In this document: piece by piece, positions 20,647-32,390 of the stretch
Position numbering within the stretch: position 1 is the first letter of the stretch
Layout: each line of letters starts with the position of its first letter
IMG/VR virus record: IMGVR_UViG_3300021963_000150
Location: 1 to 57,305 of that record
Strand: one strand, 5' to 3'
Source: a virus
Taxonomy: Duplodnaviria > Caudoviricetes
Length of the DNA stretch: 57,305 nucleotides
Position numbers and translations under genes: made by a program
Notes under the pieces: model-generated
What the model saw: the letters and a program-made list of their open reading frames with translations, nothing else
Told to the model about the DNA's origin: nothing
Databases searched by the model: none

Positions 20647-21292
20647 CATCACCTCCTCCACGCCTACTCTGTCCCCGTTGAGAAGACATGGATTTCCACA
20701 GGGGTGTGGACAACCAAGAGGCTCCTGTGGATAAACCTAACGAAGCGTGCGTGCGTGCGTCACCGGACGGAGTCCCGTCACTTACGTCTAGGTATTACGG
20801 TGGCGGAAAGCGTCGGCAGGAAGATGTGCCTTCGTCCAATGAAGCAACTCATCCATGTCCGTGTGCCTGTTCCACAGGTGAAGCGGGGCTTGGTGCCACT
20901 CCTTACCATCCCACACACACAGGTTCGTGATGATTCCACCAAGCCGACGAGACTCGGAATAGATGATGTACCCGTTGGGGTGATGAAGTTGGTGCGTCTT
21001 GTGGGTGAGCCAGCGAGGGATGCGCATCACGTCCCGCTCTCGGGTTCGGCACACGCCTCGCAGGTTTCGCAGGCAAGATGGTCGCCGTGCTTGACGATGT
21101 GGTCGGTCAGGGTGATACCGCAGTAGTGGCAGGTCATCGCTTGTCGTCCTTTCGGAAAGCGTCTTGGATGTCTTCTCGGAAAATCGCCCAAAGCCCCCAG
21201 ATAATAAGCCCAAAGGGGATGGCTGGCTCAAGAATGTAGTCAATCAGTTCCATACTTACTCTGTCCCTTGGACTCCAGTAAGGATTTGCCCG

Positions 21293-21508
21293 TTACTCGC
21301 TCTCGCCCCACTCCTCGTAGATGTATGCGATGAACTCGGCTGGCACATAGTCCTTGTGGAACGGGTCGAGCGGAGTCCCGACCACCGTCTCGGCGAGGTC
21401 GGGTCGCACTTCGTACAAACGGTTGAACCAATGCTGACCCAAACGCTCGGAACGGGACCCCGTGTCCCACGAGCGGGAGGCGTAGGCGACGAACTCGGAG
21501 GGGGTCAC
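21293..21508 (-). CDS. hypothetical protein, paralog of 31066-31323
   Basis: R.GQ..FN.L...RP..AE......LDPF..D shared. Confidence 0.65.
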   Translation of the reverse strand: MTPSEFVAYASRSWDTGSRSERLGQHWFNRLYEVRPDLAETVVGTPLDPFHKDYVPAEFIAYIYEEWGESE

Positions 21509-22295
21509 ACGACCTCCCCCTTGACTCGGAAGAACTCCAGAACCTCCACGATGGCGGTCAGGAAATCCTCGGGGGTCACGATGGACTCGCCGTCGTGCGA
21601 CCACGGGAGCATTCCGCTCTCGGGGGTGCGAGAGAGGAAGTCCTCAATCGCGGCTTGGACGGCTTCGCCACCGGAGCAGAGTGTCCAGTATCCGTCCACG
21701 ATGGCTTCGGCAATGGGGCTGAGTGTGTTGGTGTTGGTGTTCATACCTACTCTGTCTTGTGAAGGGTGGTAAGGATTTAGGCGGTACGCCCGTCTAGCAC
21801 GTCCGACAGAAGGTTTCTCATGTCCAGTAGGTGGTCGGCAACCACAGCCGACGAGCAGATGTTCGTGCCACCCACCTCTCGGAGAGTCCCGTCGATGAGC
21901 GTGAGCAGTTCACGCAGTTGGTTTGTCTCGGCTTCTCGTTCTGCGAGAGCCAAGTCGGCGATGGCTTCATCCACCTGCTCGACCGGCGAAGCGGGGCTAT
22001 TTGTCATTTGTTACTCCACCATTCGGTGCGTAGTTGTTGTAGGGCTTCCATTACCTCGCCCAGTTTCTCGTGGGTTGAGTTGTTGATGGAAAGGTTTCGT
22101 ACGAGCCAAGCGAGGTTCTCCGAAACGATGTTCGGTGGCTCTCCGATGTCCCGCCTCATCGCTGGTATGTCCATACTGGCGAGTGCTGTGGTGAGTTCGT
22201 CGTGGTTCATCGCTCTCTCCTGTGTTGTCGTTCCCACGCCCTGTTGAGGCACACCGCAAGTGTACCCACCGCAAGGAGAAGGAGAACGATGGGGG

Positions 22296-22592
22296 TCACA
22301 CCCCCACCGCCTCTCGCTCCTTGTTGAGGTGGACGGCGTAGGTGGCGTTCGGCTTGACGACCGTTGCCACGAACCGCCCGACCGACTGCTCGCCCAGACC
22401 AACGAGAACGACGCTGTTGGGGACGAAGTAGCCCCACTCCGCTCCCGAGCGGTAGACGACGTGGACGAAGGCTTCGCCGAACTCCGCTCGCACGGTCACG
22501 ATAACCTTGCTGACCGCCGTGCTGTCCTCGCAGTTCACGACGAGCAGGGCGGTCTGGTCTTTGTCTGTTTTGGGAATGGTTGTGATGTTCAT
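22296..22592 (-). CDS. KTSC-like small protein
   Basis: STAV...V.YRSG..W.Y..VP......SVGRFV...VKP pattern. Confidence 0.5.
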   Translation of the reverse strand: MNITTIPKTDKDQTALLVVNCEDSTAVSKVIVTVRAEFGEAFVHVVYRSGAEWGYFVPNSVVLVGLGEQSVGRFVATVVKPNATYAVHLNKEREAVGV

Positions 22593-23111
22593 ACCCTCTC
22601 TGTCCCCTGATAGTCGGTAAGGATTTCCACAGGAAACACACAGGCTGTGGATAAACCTGTGGATAACACCAAGCGGAGTCGCTCGTGCGTCTCATCCGTG
22701 AGACGGGGCTTCGCTACTCGTGTCTAAGTAATACGGTGGCGGAAAGCGAACGGTGTTCAGACGGGAAACTGCCCCTCCCCTCGGGATGTGGAGGTGAGGT
22801 GAGGGGAGGGCAGCCCCGTGGTGCGGGGGTCGGGGAACACCGACCCGCCCCCGCCGACTGTTACTTGCTCGGGTAGAACTGGGGGTCTAGCCCCAACTTC
22901 TCTCCCCAGAAGCGAGCGATGATGAGAGCCTGCTCGTGGCTGAGGCACTCCATCGTCATCACCCCGAAGTCCGAGGAGTCACCCGTGGGACTCTGGTAGT
23001 GGAACCAGACGATGTTCCCGTAGGCATTGACGGCAACGATGTCGCCCTTGTGTGTGGTGGTGGTGTTGTTCATACCTCTACTGTCTCCAGTCGTGTCGTA
23101 AGGATTTGGAC

Positions 23112-23435
23112 TCACTCCTCGTCCTCGTCGTCCTCGTCAGCAAACTGACTGATGAGGGTGACGAAACCAGCGTTGGGGTCGTCCTCGTTGTGATAGACGG
23201 CGTTCACGAACCGCAAGAAGCACGAGTTCTCGTACCAACCGATGACGGTGACGAGCATCTCCTCGGGAGTCCCCTCCACGATGTGTTCGTAGTTCTCACG
23301 GAACCAGTCGGCTTCGATGTCGTCCATAGCGAGATAAATCTTGTGGCAACCGTCAGTCGCTACGAGTACGGCGTTTTCGCAATACTCCCGTACTGAGTCA
23401 AATAGTTCTGTGTTGAGTTCGTCGGTGTCGTTCAT
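23112..23435 (-). CDS. hypothetical acidic protein
   Basis: motif-defined start MNDTDE; DGCHKIYL motif. Confidence 0.65.
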   Translation of the reverse strand: MNDTDELNTELFDSVREYCENAVLVATDGCHKIYLAMDDIEADWFRENYEHIVEGTPEEMLVTVIGWYENSCFLRFVNAVYHNEDDPNAGFVTLISQFADEDDEDEE

Positions 23436-24964
23436 ACTTCTACTGTCCGTTGCCGTCAGATAAGGATTTGTGCCACTCCTCAACAACGAGGGCAGAAGCG
23501 ACGTACGGAATGTTGCCCGTACCCCACTCGTGCTCGGGGAAGTCCCGCACCTTCGTTGCCCCATCACTATCAACGAACCACAATGAGTATGCCCACTTGG
23601 GGTTGTCGTCGTAGTCGTCCCATACTCGGACGAGGACATGGAACTGCCAATCGTGGTCGTAGACGACTATCGGGACTACGCCACCGAACTTGCTGAAGTA
23701 GATTCCATCAACCTCTCTACCAGTCCGATACACGGCATCAACGATGAGTTCGGGGATTGCCTTGAGTGTTTGGTCAATCATCCCACCCTCGGCTTGTCGC
23801 TCTCCCGAAGCATCGGGTTTCGCATCGCCAGACGGAACGCTCGTTCGTGGCTCACGCCATTGACGTAACGCTCTAGGACGTATGCCTCGCTGAACGCCAT
23901 TGTCCAGCCGTGCCGGTGCCGTGTCTTTAGGGCTAGGTGCTTGATGCTGTATCCACTCATACCTACTCTGTCCCCGAGCCTCTGATAAGGATTTGGGCGT
24001 TTCGGGCAAAGATGTCGTCGCCCAACTCGGCTATCTCCTCGTCACTCAGGACGAATAGTCCCGCATAGGTCGAGTGCTGAACTTGTAGGCACTCATCAAG
24101 CGTCCCTGAGAACAAGATGAACTTGTCGCCCCAGTCCACAACGTGATAGTGGCTCACAGGCTTACTATCTTTGCCGAGACTTCACGAACCTGAACCTCTC
24201 GGTACAACTTACGCCAACGCTCTTGCTCACGAAGTAGGCGCGGGACTTCGGTCTCGCTGTAGATACGCCACTCGCACGGGAACAGTCCGTGTATGGCGGT
24301 GAACTCCTCATAATCCTTGTTGATGGGAAGGTGAGCCATGAGGACATACCACTTTCGGTCGCTCATCTCAGTACCCCTCCTCGTCGTCGTCGTTGGGGAA
24401 GTCGTCGTAGGCGTGGTTGTAGCACCGCTCGTATGCCTCGCAGAGGTCGTTCACGAAGTCCCCGTCGTCCCCACCGCTGATGATGAGGTCGCCCAGCAGT
24501 TCCGTGATGCTCTCGCCAGCCCACTCGCCGGAGAGAGGAGCGTCGTTGCGAGGCATACCGTTGAGCCTGTCGTCCTGCCCTCGCAGGATGCCACGCCAAC
24601 CAGCCTCGTTGAGCAGGTCGTTTTGTGTGTTGGTTGTGTTCATACTTCCCCTGTCTCTTGATGGTCGGTAAGGATTTCCACAGGTCTGTGGATAAGTGGG
24701 CTGGATGGTGATGCTAACGGGACTCCGTAGGAGCGGAAGCCCACCGCCCTCGGGCGTTGAGGTGTGGAGGTAGTTGCCCGTGAACGGGGGCTTGCCAGCC
24801 CCGCCTCGGTCGCTCGTGGCGACCCGTGCGCCCCCGTGTGGGGGAGCGGAGGGCGTTCGCCCCCCGTCCGACGGGGAGGGGTCGCATCACCCCGTCCCCA
24901 CCGGACACCGCTTCTGTTGCCAAGACGCTCTGCGCCTCCGATTCTCAGTCAGGGTTCCGTCTGG

Positions 24965-25105
24965 TCAGACCAGCAACTCGGCGATGAATCGCGCGACGGT
25001 CGCTCGGAGAGCGGTCGTGGCGGTTCTGCCGTGATGCTTCTCTGCCTCGGCGAGAGTGGCGAGAAGATTCTGCGCCATCGCGAGACGGAAAGAAGTACCG
25101 TTCAT
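24965..25105 (-). CDS. 46-aa helical peptide, paralog 3 of 3
   Basis: MNGTSFRLAMAQNLLATLAEAEKHHGRTATTALRATVARFIAELLV. Confidence 0.7.
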   Translation of the reverse strand: MNGTSFRLAMAQNLLATLAEAEKHHGRTATTALRATVARFIAELLV

Positions 25106-25656
25106 TGTCACCTCCATGCCTACTCTGTCCCCTGATGGTCAGTAAGGATTTCCACAGGCTGTGGATAAGTGGGTTGTGGATAAGTGGGCTGTGGATAACT
25201 CGCTTCGCGCCCGTACGCTCGAGTGAACGGGACTCCGCTATTACGGCTAACTATTACGGTGGCGGAAAGGAAACCGAGAACTCCTCAGCGTCGCTCGAGT
25301 GTGCCGAGTCCCGTCATGCTCGAGTTCGATGGATGATGATTTCTTTCTTGGGAAGCCAGCCAACCCATTTGCTTGCGAGTGACGACAGAAGAACCTGACC
25401 TTTACGGGAATCGTCCTCTTGTCGAACAAGCACAAAGCGGGGCCCCTGCGAGCGGGTGAGTTTGCGAGTGCGAAGCGAAGCCGTTTGCCCGTTGATGGTG
25501 ATGAGGACTTCCGAGCCGTCAAGAATCTCGGTCACTCTTCCTCTATCCACATTTCCTCGCAGGTGTCGCAGGCGTACTCAGTCCCGTGGTCGTACTTCTC
25601 CACGAACAAGCCCGTGTGTGTCTCGCAGTTCTGGCAGTAGGCGAAGTCTTGTTCGC

Positions 25657-26070
25657 TCATTCTTCCTCCTCGCTGAACGGAGTGACCACGATGTTTCCTC
25701 CCATCGGAGCATCGTGGTGGTACAGCCTGCCCGTCAGGTGGTCGGCGTGAACCGTGACTTCCAGTCGCCACTCGGTACGGTCGGGAGTGATGGCGTTCAG
25801 CAGTTCGCTGGCGTTGCGAGCCGAGAAGTATCCGTCAATCGTTCCGTTCCACACGGGGAAACCCGTGATGCGGAACCCTTGATTGTTCTCGGAGAACAAG
25901 TGTTCGGTGATGTTGGCGAAGTCCTCAACGGTGAAGTCCCAGCAGTCGCCATAGCAGTCGTTGGCAGGGACACACTCGTCGGTTTCCTCGTTCCAGACTT
26001 CACAGGAACAGGTATTCGTGTATTCAGCGGAGTAGGTTCCGCTCTCGGTGGGAATGATGGTGGTGGTCAT
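25657..26070 (-). CDS. hypothetical protein
   Basis: motif-defined start; C-terminal HHDAP.G motif. Confidence 0.7.
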   Translation of the reverse strand: MTTTIIPTESGTYSAEYTNTCSCEVWNEETDECVPANDCYGDCWDFTVEDFANITEHLFSENNQGFRITGFPVWNGTIDGYFSARNASELLNAITPDRTEWRLEVTVHADHLTGRLYHHDAPMGGNIVVTPFSEEEE

Positions 26071-26957
26071 ACCCTCTCTGTCTCAACGTCACTCATAAGG
26101 ATTTGTGAGATTAGTCGTTCTTCCACGGGAACAGTTTCCTCAACCGGCGATACGGGAGCCCCGGCTCGCTCGACTCAGGCTTCGATGGGGGGTCGGGAAT
26201 ACAGTCAGGATTGGCTGAATACATCCAGACTCGAGTGCCATCCTCCTCAAACAATTCGAGTCTCCATCCGCTGAAATGAAAATCGGCAGGCACATACTTG
26301 CCATCGACGCCTTCGACAACGGGACTCTCGAGCGAGTCGGCGAGTTGGAGGCAAATGTCGCCGAGTTCTAAGTCGGTCGGCTTTTCGCTTGCCACGACTC
26401 GAATCACGATGTCGTACACCTCGAGTCGTGATTCATCCATGCTCGGCAGGGTAGCACCGCAGTCCCGTGTGCCAGTCCATGCCGAGAGGAGGGGGCTTTC
26501 GCCCCAATCCCCTTGATGCTCGGGTCACTCGCAGTCGCTGACTGCCATCTCCTGCGTGTAGTACAGTCGCCCGAACTGTTTGGCGAGGTGCGGTGCGTCT
26601 GCCACCGAGGTGAACTCCAACGCCACCCGAGAACGATTCGGCTTGTAGCGGAGGGTCTCCAAGATGTACGGCTCCGTGATGCCTCGGGCGACGTAGTGGT
26701 GCGACACGACCGAGTACGACACCGACCCGTCCTCATGCTCTGCGTAGTCTGTGACCAGACCGTGCGTCGCCATGCCGACCCGAGGTGCGCCACTCTTGCG
26801 GAGGGGGGTGAGGGTGATGATTCCTGTGGTGGTGGGGTTGATGTTCATGTCTTCTCTGTCTCGCCGTTGCCGGTATGGATTTGGGTCAGCCTGCGCCCTG
26901 CCCTGAAGGTCAGGACGTGGGGAGGGCTGGAGCGTCATGTCCAGCCCCCCCCGAAGG

Positions 26958-27176
26958 TCAGGAGGAGAGAGGCTCCAACGCCATGTCCAGCATCACGTTC
27001 TGAACCAGCATGACGAAGTTCTTGACCGTCTCGTCCTTGACGAACGCCTTGTTCGTGTCCAGACTCCGAATCCAGCCCTCCGTGTCGCCGTGGGTGTGAA
27101 TCAGACCCTCGTCAAGAATGGCGGTGATGACTTGCTTGAGTGCCTCCGTGTGTCCGGTCGGCCAGTTGATGCTCAT
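26958..27176 (-). CDS. hypothetical protein, paralog of 19483-19716
   Basis: motif-defined start. Confidence 0.65.
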   Translation of the reverse strand: MSINWPTGHTEALKQVITAILDEGLIHTHGDTEGWIRSLDTNKAFVKDETVKNFVMLVQNVMLDMALEPLSS

Positions 27177-27402
27177 ACCTACTCTGTCTCCGACCCATCC
27201 GTGTGGATTTCCACAGAGGTGTGGACAAACCTGTGGATAACTTCCGTGGACAAATCTCAACAAATGCGTTGCCACTCGAGCGTCGAGCAATAGTCCCGCT
27301 CGAGTCGATACGGCTAACTCTTACGGTGGCGGAAAGGGTTGAGTTGTATCAACTCAAGTTTGATGCTTGCCGGAGAAATTCATCTATGAGATACTCGTCG
27401 AT

Positions 27403-27693
27403 ATGACAACAATCGACGACATCATCGAACGAAACAAACAAGCGGGACATCATTTCTTCGACAGCATCACGATGGCGTGGTTCGACAGCAAAATTTACCC
27501 ACAGGTATTTGGGGATTATTTCGTTACCTCGGAAGACCCACATCTGCCCAGTTCCGTGCGTCGTTACACCGTTCGTCAAATTGACTGGAACACGGGGGCG
27601 GTCAATACCGTGGGTAGATTTATGGGTCACTCGACGCTACGCGGGGCTTATCAGCACGCAGAACGGCTGTCCGTTGGGGAAAATGTAAAGTGA
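27403..27693 (+). CDS. conserved phage hypothetical protein (HFF...M..F.S.I...FVTSE type)
   Basis: recognisable phage small-protein pattern; lone plus-strand gene. Confidence 0.65.
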   Translation: MTTIDDIIERNKQAGHHFFDSITMAWFDSKIYPQVFGDYFVTSEDPHLPSSVRRYTVRQIDWNTGAVNTVGRFMGHSTLRGAYQHAERLSVGENVK

Positions 27694-28069
27694 GCACCTT
27701 TTACGACATGCTCAGGTCGGCGTGACTCCTACTGATACGGCTTCTCAAGGTCACGACAACCCGTATCGCACCGCTGTTTCCCACAGCAGTATGGGGGAGG
27801 ACAGAGGGAGCGACCCTCTGCCTGTCAAGCAACGCCTACCTTGCGCCCGTAGCCTAATTTGTCGCCCCACGCGACCGGCTACACACGGAGGGGCTTTCTC
27901 GGCATACGAGACTCGCTGTTCTCCCCCGATGCGGGAGACTTCGCTACCCTGTTACGACTTACAGGTCGTAACCCCAAAACGGCTGTAACCCTTTTGGGTG
28001 GTTCTCTTACGAGGGTTTCCCCTCCGCTCTGAGCCTAAAAGACTGTTTAGAGTCGCTCAGACGACTTGT
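27690..28069 (-). ncRNA. candidate ~370-nt structured non-coding RNA
   Basis: promoter motif at 28067-28103 is followed by no ATG; at least 8 hairpins on the minus strand. Confidence 0.6.
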
Positions 28070-28270
28070 AACTACCCTGTCCCCAGTCGTGCCGTAAGGA
28101 TTTGGGAGTTAGTGATGGGTAATCATACTCGGCGGTAATGAGTGCTGGCACAACCCCCAGCCTACGACCCTTGTTGTCCCACCACTCCCACGCATCACGC
28201 TTGGAGGCGAATGGTCCGTAGAGTCCCGTTGGCGTTACTCGCTCATCGGCAAAGAAGTATCCCTTGCGAG

Positions 28271-28711
28271 TCACTCCTCCCCCTTCCATAGGTCGTCCTC
28301 GGAGAGGAGAGCCGTTGCCTGCTCAATGGCATCGGTCAGGCTGTGGTGAACGCAGTCCAACCAGCCAGCGTCCCCGACATTGTGGTCGGTCGCATACAGG
28401 TCAAACCAAGAGTTGTTCACCCACTCAATGCGTCCCTCCTCGGAGGCTTGGAAGATGTCGGCATCGTTGTTGATGCCGTGTTCCGTCCAACGGTCGCAGT
28501 AGCGAATGATGGAGGGGTCGTTGGTGCGGTCGGCAAGGTCGTACACGAGGACACGCATCTCGCCATCGGCAAAGATGTCTATCTCACGGTCGCCGTTGCT
28601 CACGGTCACAACAAGGTCGTGTGCCGACTGGTAGGTGTACCAAGCGGAGTCCTCACGCCCTTGCGAACGCTCGTCAGGCTGATGCCAAGTGATGTTGATG
28701 GTGGTGGTCAT
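28271..28711 (-). CDS. hypothetical protein
   Basis: motif-defined start; WVNNSWF motif. Confidence 0.7.
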   Translation of the reverse strand: MTTTINITWHQPDERSQGREDSAWYTYQSAHDLVVTVSNGDREIDIFADGEMRVLVYDLADRTNDPSIIRYCDRWTEHGINNDADIFQASEEGRIEWVNNSWFDLYATDHNVGDAGWLDCVHHSLTDAIEQATALLSEDDLWKGEE

Positions 28712-29012
28712 ACCCGTACTGTCTCTGGTCGGCTGGTAAGGATTTACAGGGCTTGGTCAAGAGCCTGTGCCAAGAGCCGAGCCTTCTCCCGTTCAGCCCA
28801 CGCCACGGCAGCCCCGAGCGCCCGTGCGAGCGATGTTGCCGACCCGTCTAGGGGCAACACATCGTCATCGTATTCCCCGTACCACTCGGACACGGGAACG
28901 AAGCCGTCATCGGTGAGAACCGCCACCTCGGGACTCCGGTTGAGGGAGACAAGGGAGAAAGTCGCACCGTTGGGCAAGGCAAAGCGAATGTGGTTGTGTT
29001 CCATCTCTCCCC

Positions 29013-29477
29013 CTACCACGACGACTGGTAGTAGAAGTACCACTCGTCGGGCATGGTGAGCAACTTGTCAATCTTGTCTGCCGTGTAGGTCAGACCCCGT
29101 GTGTACCACTCGTCGTAGTCCGTGCTTCCGAAGAAAAAGCCCTCGGCGGTCGGCAACAGGTCGCTGGCGAGCGAGGGGTCGGCAAGCACCTTGCGACAGG
29201 TGTCTCGCAGTTCTTCCAACTGCTCACGCCCGACGCTCACCTGCTGGCACTCGTCCTCGCCGTTCTGACAGTTCTGAACGAACCAGTTGTGAATGGCGTT
29301 CTGCTTGCGCCAGTAGGCGACGCAGACTTCCATCGTGATAGACGGTGAGTAGTCGTCCATGAACTCGTCCACATTGGCGAGTTTGGCGAGAGCAGAGAAG
29401 ATTTGCTTCTCCTCATCGGGTCGCCAGTCGGAGTTGCTGGTGTAACGCTTTGCGTGTAGGTATTGGTCAAGTCCCAT
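29013..29477 (-). CDS. conserved phage protein (MGLD.YL / YWRK.NAIH.WF / GFFFGS family)
   Basis: family motifs; motif-defined start. Confidence 0.75.
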   Translation of the reverse strand: MGLDQYLHAKRYTSNSDWRPDEEKQIFSALAKLANVDEFMDDYSPSITMEVCVAYWRKQNAIHNWFVQNCQNGEDECQQVSVGREQLEELRDTCRKVLADPSLASDLLPTAEGFFFGSTDYDEWYTRGLTYTADKIDKLLTMPDEWYFYYQSSW

Positions 29478-30246
29478 GTCTCTTCTGTCTCCAGTCTGTC
29501 GGTAAGGATTTGGAAACCCCCACCCCCGAATGGGGGCAGGGGCGAACGTGTGTCATTCCTGCGTCAGGAACGCCTTACACCCACTCAGGAACGAGTCGGG
29601 GTAGGCGATTGCGTAGGCGACGACGCTCATCGCCTTGACGGTAGGGAGGCGGTACTTCATGATGTCACCGCAACCCTCGCCTGAGATGACAATACGAGTC
29701 TCCTCGCCGTGAGAGTGGAAGTGTGCGGTCAAGCCTTTCGGCAACTCAACTTGGACATAGTTACTGCCCTCCTGTAGGGAGAGGAAGGAAACGCCCTTGA
29801 TGATGGTGATGGGGGTGGTGTGGGTGGTGTTCATACCCTCTCTGTCTCAACGTCGGGCATAAGGATTTCCACAGCCTGTGGATAACACAAACCCCCCTGA
29901 CATGAACACCGGAGTCAGGGGGGTCGTGTTGGCTCGCTCGCACCCGTAATGGAGGTGGGGTGTGAACGAAGAATGAAGACTCGGGACTTCTCCCTAAGTC
30001 AAACGGTGGCGGAAAGGTCTACTCGCTAGGTGGGGGTGTAACTCCCTTGCGGAACAAACGCTGGGAAAGCAGTCGTCCCATTTCCCTGTTGGCGAGGACG
30101 GTTGCCCGTCCTTGCTTGCGAGCCTCCTTGCGTCGGAGGTTCTTCTTGGCAAATAAGCGTCGTCGCTCTGCCTTCTTGGGGTTCTCGGTTTCTTTGGTCA
30201 TAGTTCCTCTGTCTCCAGTCGTGTCGTAAGGATTTGAGTCCTGTCG

Positions 30247-30765
30247 TCAGCAGATTTGGAAGCCTCCGCTGTCTATTAGGAACTCTGCGAACGCTTGGAC
30301 ATTGAGGACGGAGAACGGGTAGTTGGCTTCCCACGCAATCGTTCTGCCTACTCCCCGACACCCATTACAAGTCCCGAATGCTCGCCCCAAGACGATAGCA
30401 ACATCTTCGGGCAGTTCTTCGGTGTCCATGCCCATCTCCTTGCCAACATCATCGGTTCGGATACCCGTTGCTTGGCAATAGGGGCAGTCTTTCATCGGCA
30501 ACTCAGACATAGCCTTGCGGTACTCGTCCTCGTATGTCTGCGTCACGCCACTTGCGATGTCCCGCAGTAGGCGTTCGCCCAACTCCCGTGCGTCGTCAGC
30601 ATCCAGCCCGTCGCCGTCGTTGAGGTGTCCATTCTCAACCTTGTCGCACAGGTCGGCGTGTAGGTCTTGGCAATACTCCCATAAGGGATGCCACCACCAC
30701 ACATTGTTGCGGAAGTAAGACCCCTTTTCGGAGGTCGGGTTCACCCCGTACACATCCATCCCCAT
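30247..30765 (-). CDS. conserved phage protein (YFRNNVW.W.PLW family) with CxxCxGxG insert
   Basis: motifs in translation. Confidence 0.7.
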   Translation of the reverse strand: MGMDVYGVNPTSEKGSYFRNNVWWWHPLWEYCQDLHADLCDKVENGHLNDGDGLDADDARELGERLLRDIASGVTQTYEDEYRKAMSELPMKDCPYCQATGIRTDDVGKEMGMDTEELPEDVAIVLGRAFGTCNGCRGVGRTIAWEANYPFSVLNVQAFAEFLIDSGGFQIC

Positions 30766-31814
30766 TAGAGGTCATCCTCCTCATCGTCATCGGTCACGCC
30801 TTCGGGGACTTCCACATTCGGGAAGTAGACGATGATGCCCTTGCCCATGTCGTCAAACTTCGGGGACATGAGGGCGACGGCGAGGTCATCGTCGGAAACG
30901 AGCAGGGCGAGGCGAAAGGCATCAGCCAAGTCGTCCAAGTCAATGCCCAAGCACTCCTTACCGAACATTCCCCGACCCGAATAGGGTCGCATCTCTGCCC
31001 CCAAGTCGTCAAGGTGCTGTTCCAGCAGTTCGGTCTGTTCTGTGGTGAGTGTGATGTTCATACTTCTACTGTCCCCCAGACTCCGATAAGGATTTGTCCC
31101 ACTCCGATGCCACGAAAGTCCAAGTCTCGTGAGGAATGTCGGCGGGACTGTCCCTGTAGAAGGGGTCAAGTGCCGTCGCTCGCAGTTGCTCTGCGATGCT
31201 AGGTCGGGCAATGGCGAGGATGTTGAACATAGCCTGCCCGTACCTTTCCTCTCGCATCTCCATCCGCTGTGGGATGAGACTCAGGAACTCGTCGTATGCG
31301 ATGTTTCTGTTTGTGATGTTCATACTTCTACTGTCCCCTGCCATCGGGTAAGGATTTTGACTCACTCCCCCTCATGCCAAGGAGCGTCAGGCTCCATCCA
31401 GACCGTGGTGCCGGAGCAAGCCCAATCCAGCACCCACAGGACGGTGTCGCGGCACTCACGGTTGCTCACCTCGCTCACGCCGCTTCGCTCCTCAATGATG
31501 CCCATGAGGTGGTCACGGTCGTCCCAGATGAGGTCGGTGTTGATGCCCTCAGCGAGCATCGTGATGACCGTCTGGGCGACCCTCTGATTGTCCTGACGGG
31601 AGTTCACACCCCAGTCGGCGTTCTCCCAGTTGGTCGTTTGGTCGGCTGTGAGTGTTGCTTTGAGTGTCTTAGTTGTGTTCATGCCACTCCTGTCTCGGGG
31701 TGTCGTGTAAGGATTTGGGCAACTGTGAAACGAGCATGGTCGGTCGCCCACCCGTGCGTTGTGCGTACCGGACGGGACTTATGTCCGGCTAACTCTTACG
31801 GTGGTGGAAAGCGG

Positions 31815-32390
31815 TCAGCAACTCGCCAATCCGCAGAACAGCCACTCGCCGTCGTTTACCTTGATAGCGACACATTCTTCCCACTTCTCGTCAAACACAT
31901 CGCACATACGCTCCCAGTCCTTGCGTCCCATCCTGTCGGCAAAGAACTTCGCATCGGCACGGGAGTTCTCTTCACGCTTGCGCTCTTTAGCGAGGTAGTC
32001 CTCACGGTTTTCTTCCTTGACCCAACTCGGAACGCCCTCGCTCTCAATCGGAGTAGCGAACACATCGGAAACAGCGATGGGGTTGTAAGTGCCTTTCTCA
32101 TAGCGATACCGCTTGCTCTGATACCAGTAGATAGCGTTTCCAACGCGACTCTCAAGGGGGACGGTGACCATCATCTTCGTCGCACCCGTACGGGTGTAGT
32201 AGGACTGTTCCATCTCTTGGATGGGCAGGTCGGAAAGCGGAACATAGAACTCAATGAACGAGGGCTTCTCGGCAATCGTCCCCGTGTATCCGCTATGTCC
32301 GTGGTCGTAGCGAGCCTCTGCCTGTGCGGAGGCGAATGCCTCGCTGACAGTCTTGCCCGTTGCGTAAGTGAAGAATGTTGTTGCTCCCAT
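31815..32390 (-). CDS. conserved phage protein (MGA..F / GH.GYTGTIAEK family)
   Basis: motifs in translation; motif-defined start. Confidence 0.7.
   Translation of the reverse strand: MGATTFFTYATGKTVSEAFASAQAEARYDHGHSGYTGTIAEKPSFIEFYVPLSDLPIQEMEQSYYTRTGATKMMVTVPLESRVGNAIYWYQSKRYRYEKGTYNPIAVSDVFATPIESEGVPSWVKEENREDYLAKERKREENSRADAKFFADRMGRKDWERMCDVFDEKWEECVAIKVNDGEWLFCGLASC

Noticed and set aside
25893-25906. LexA-like box GAACAAGTGTTC
   Set aside because: Inside a CDS and not near a promoter; likely chance
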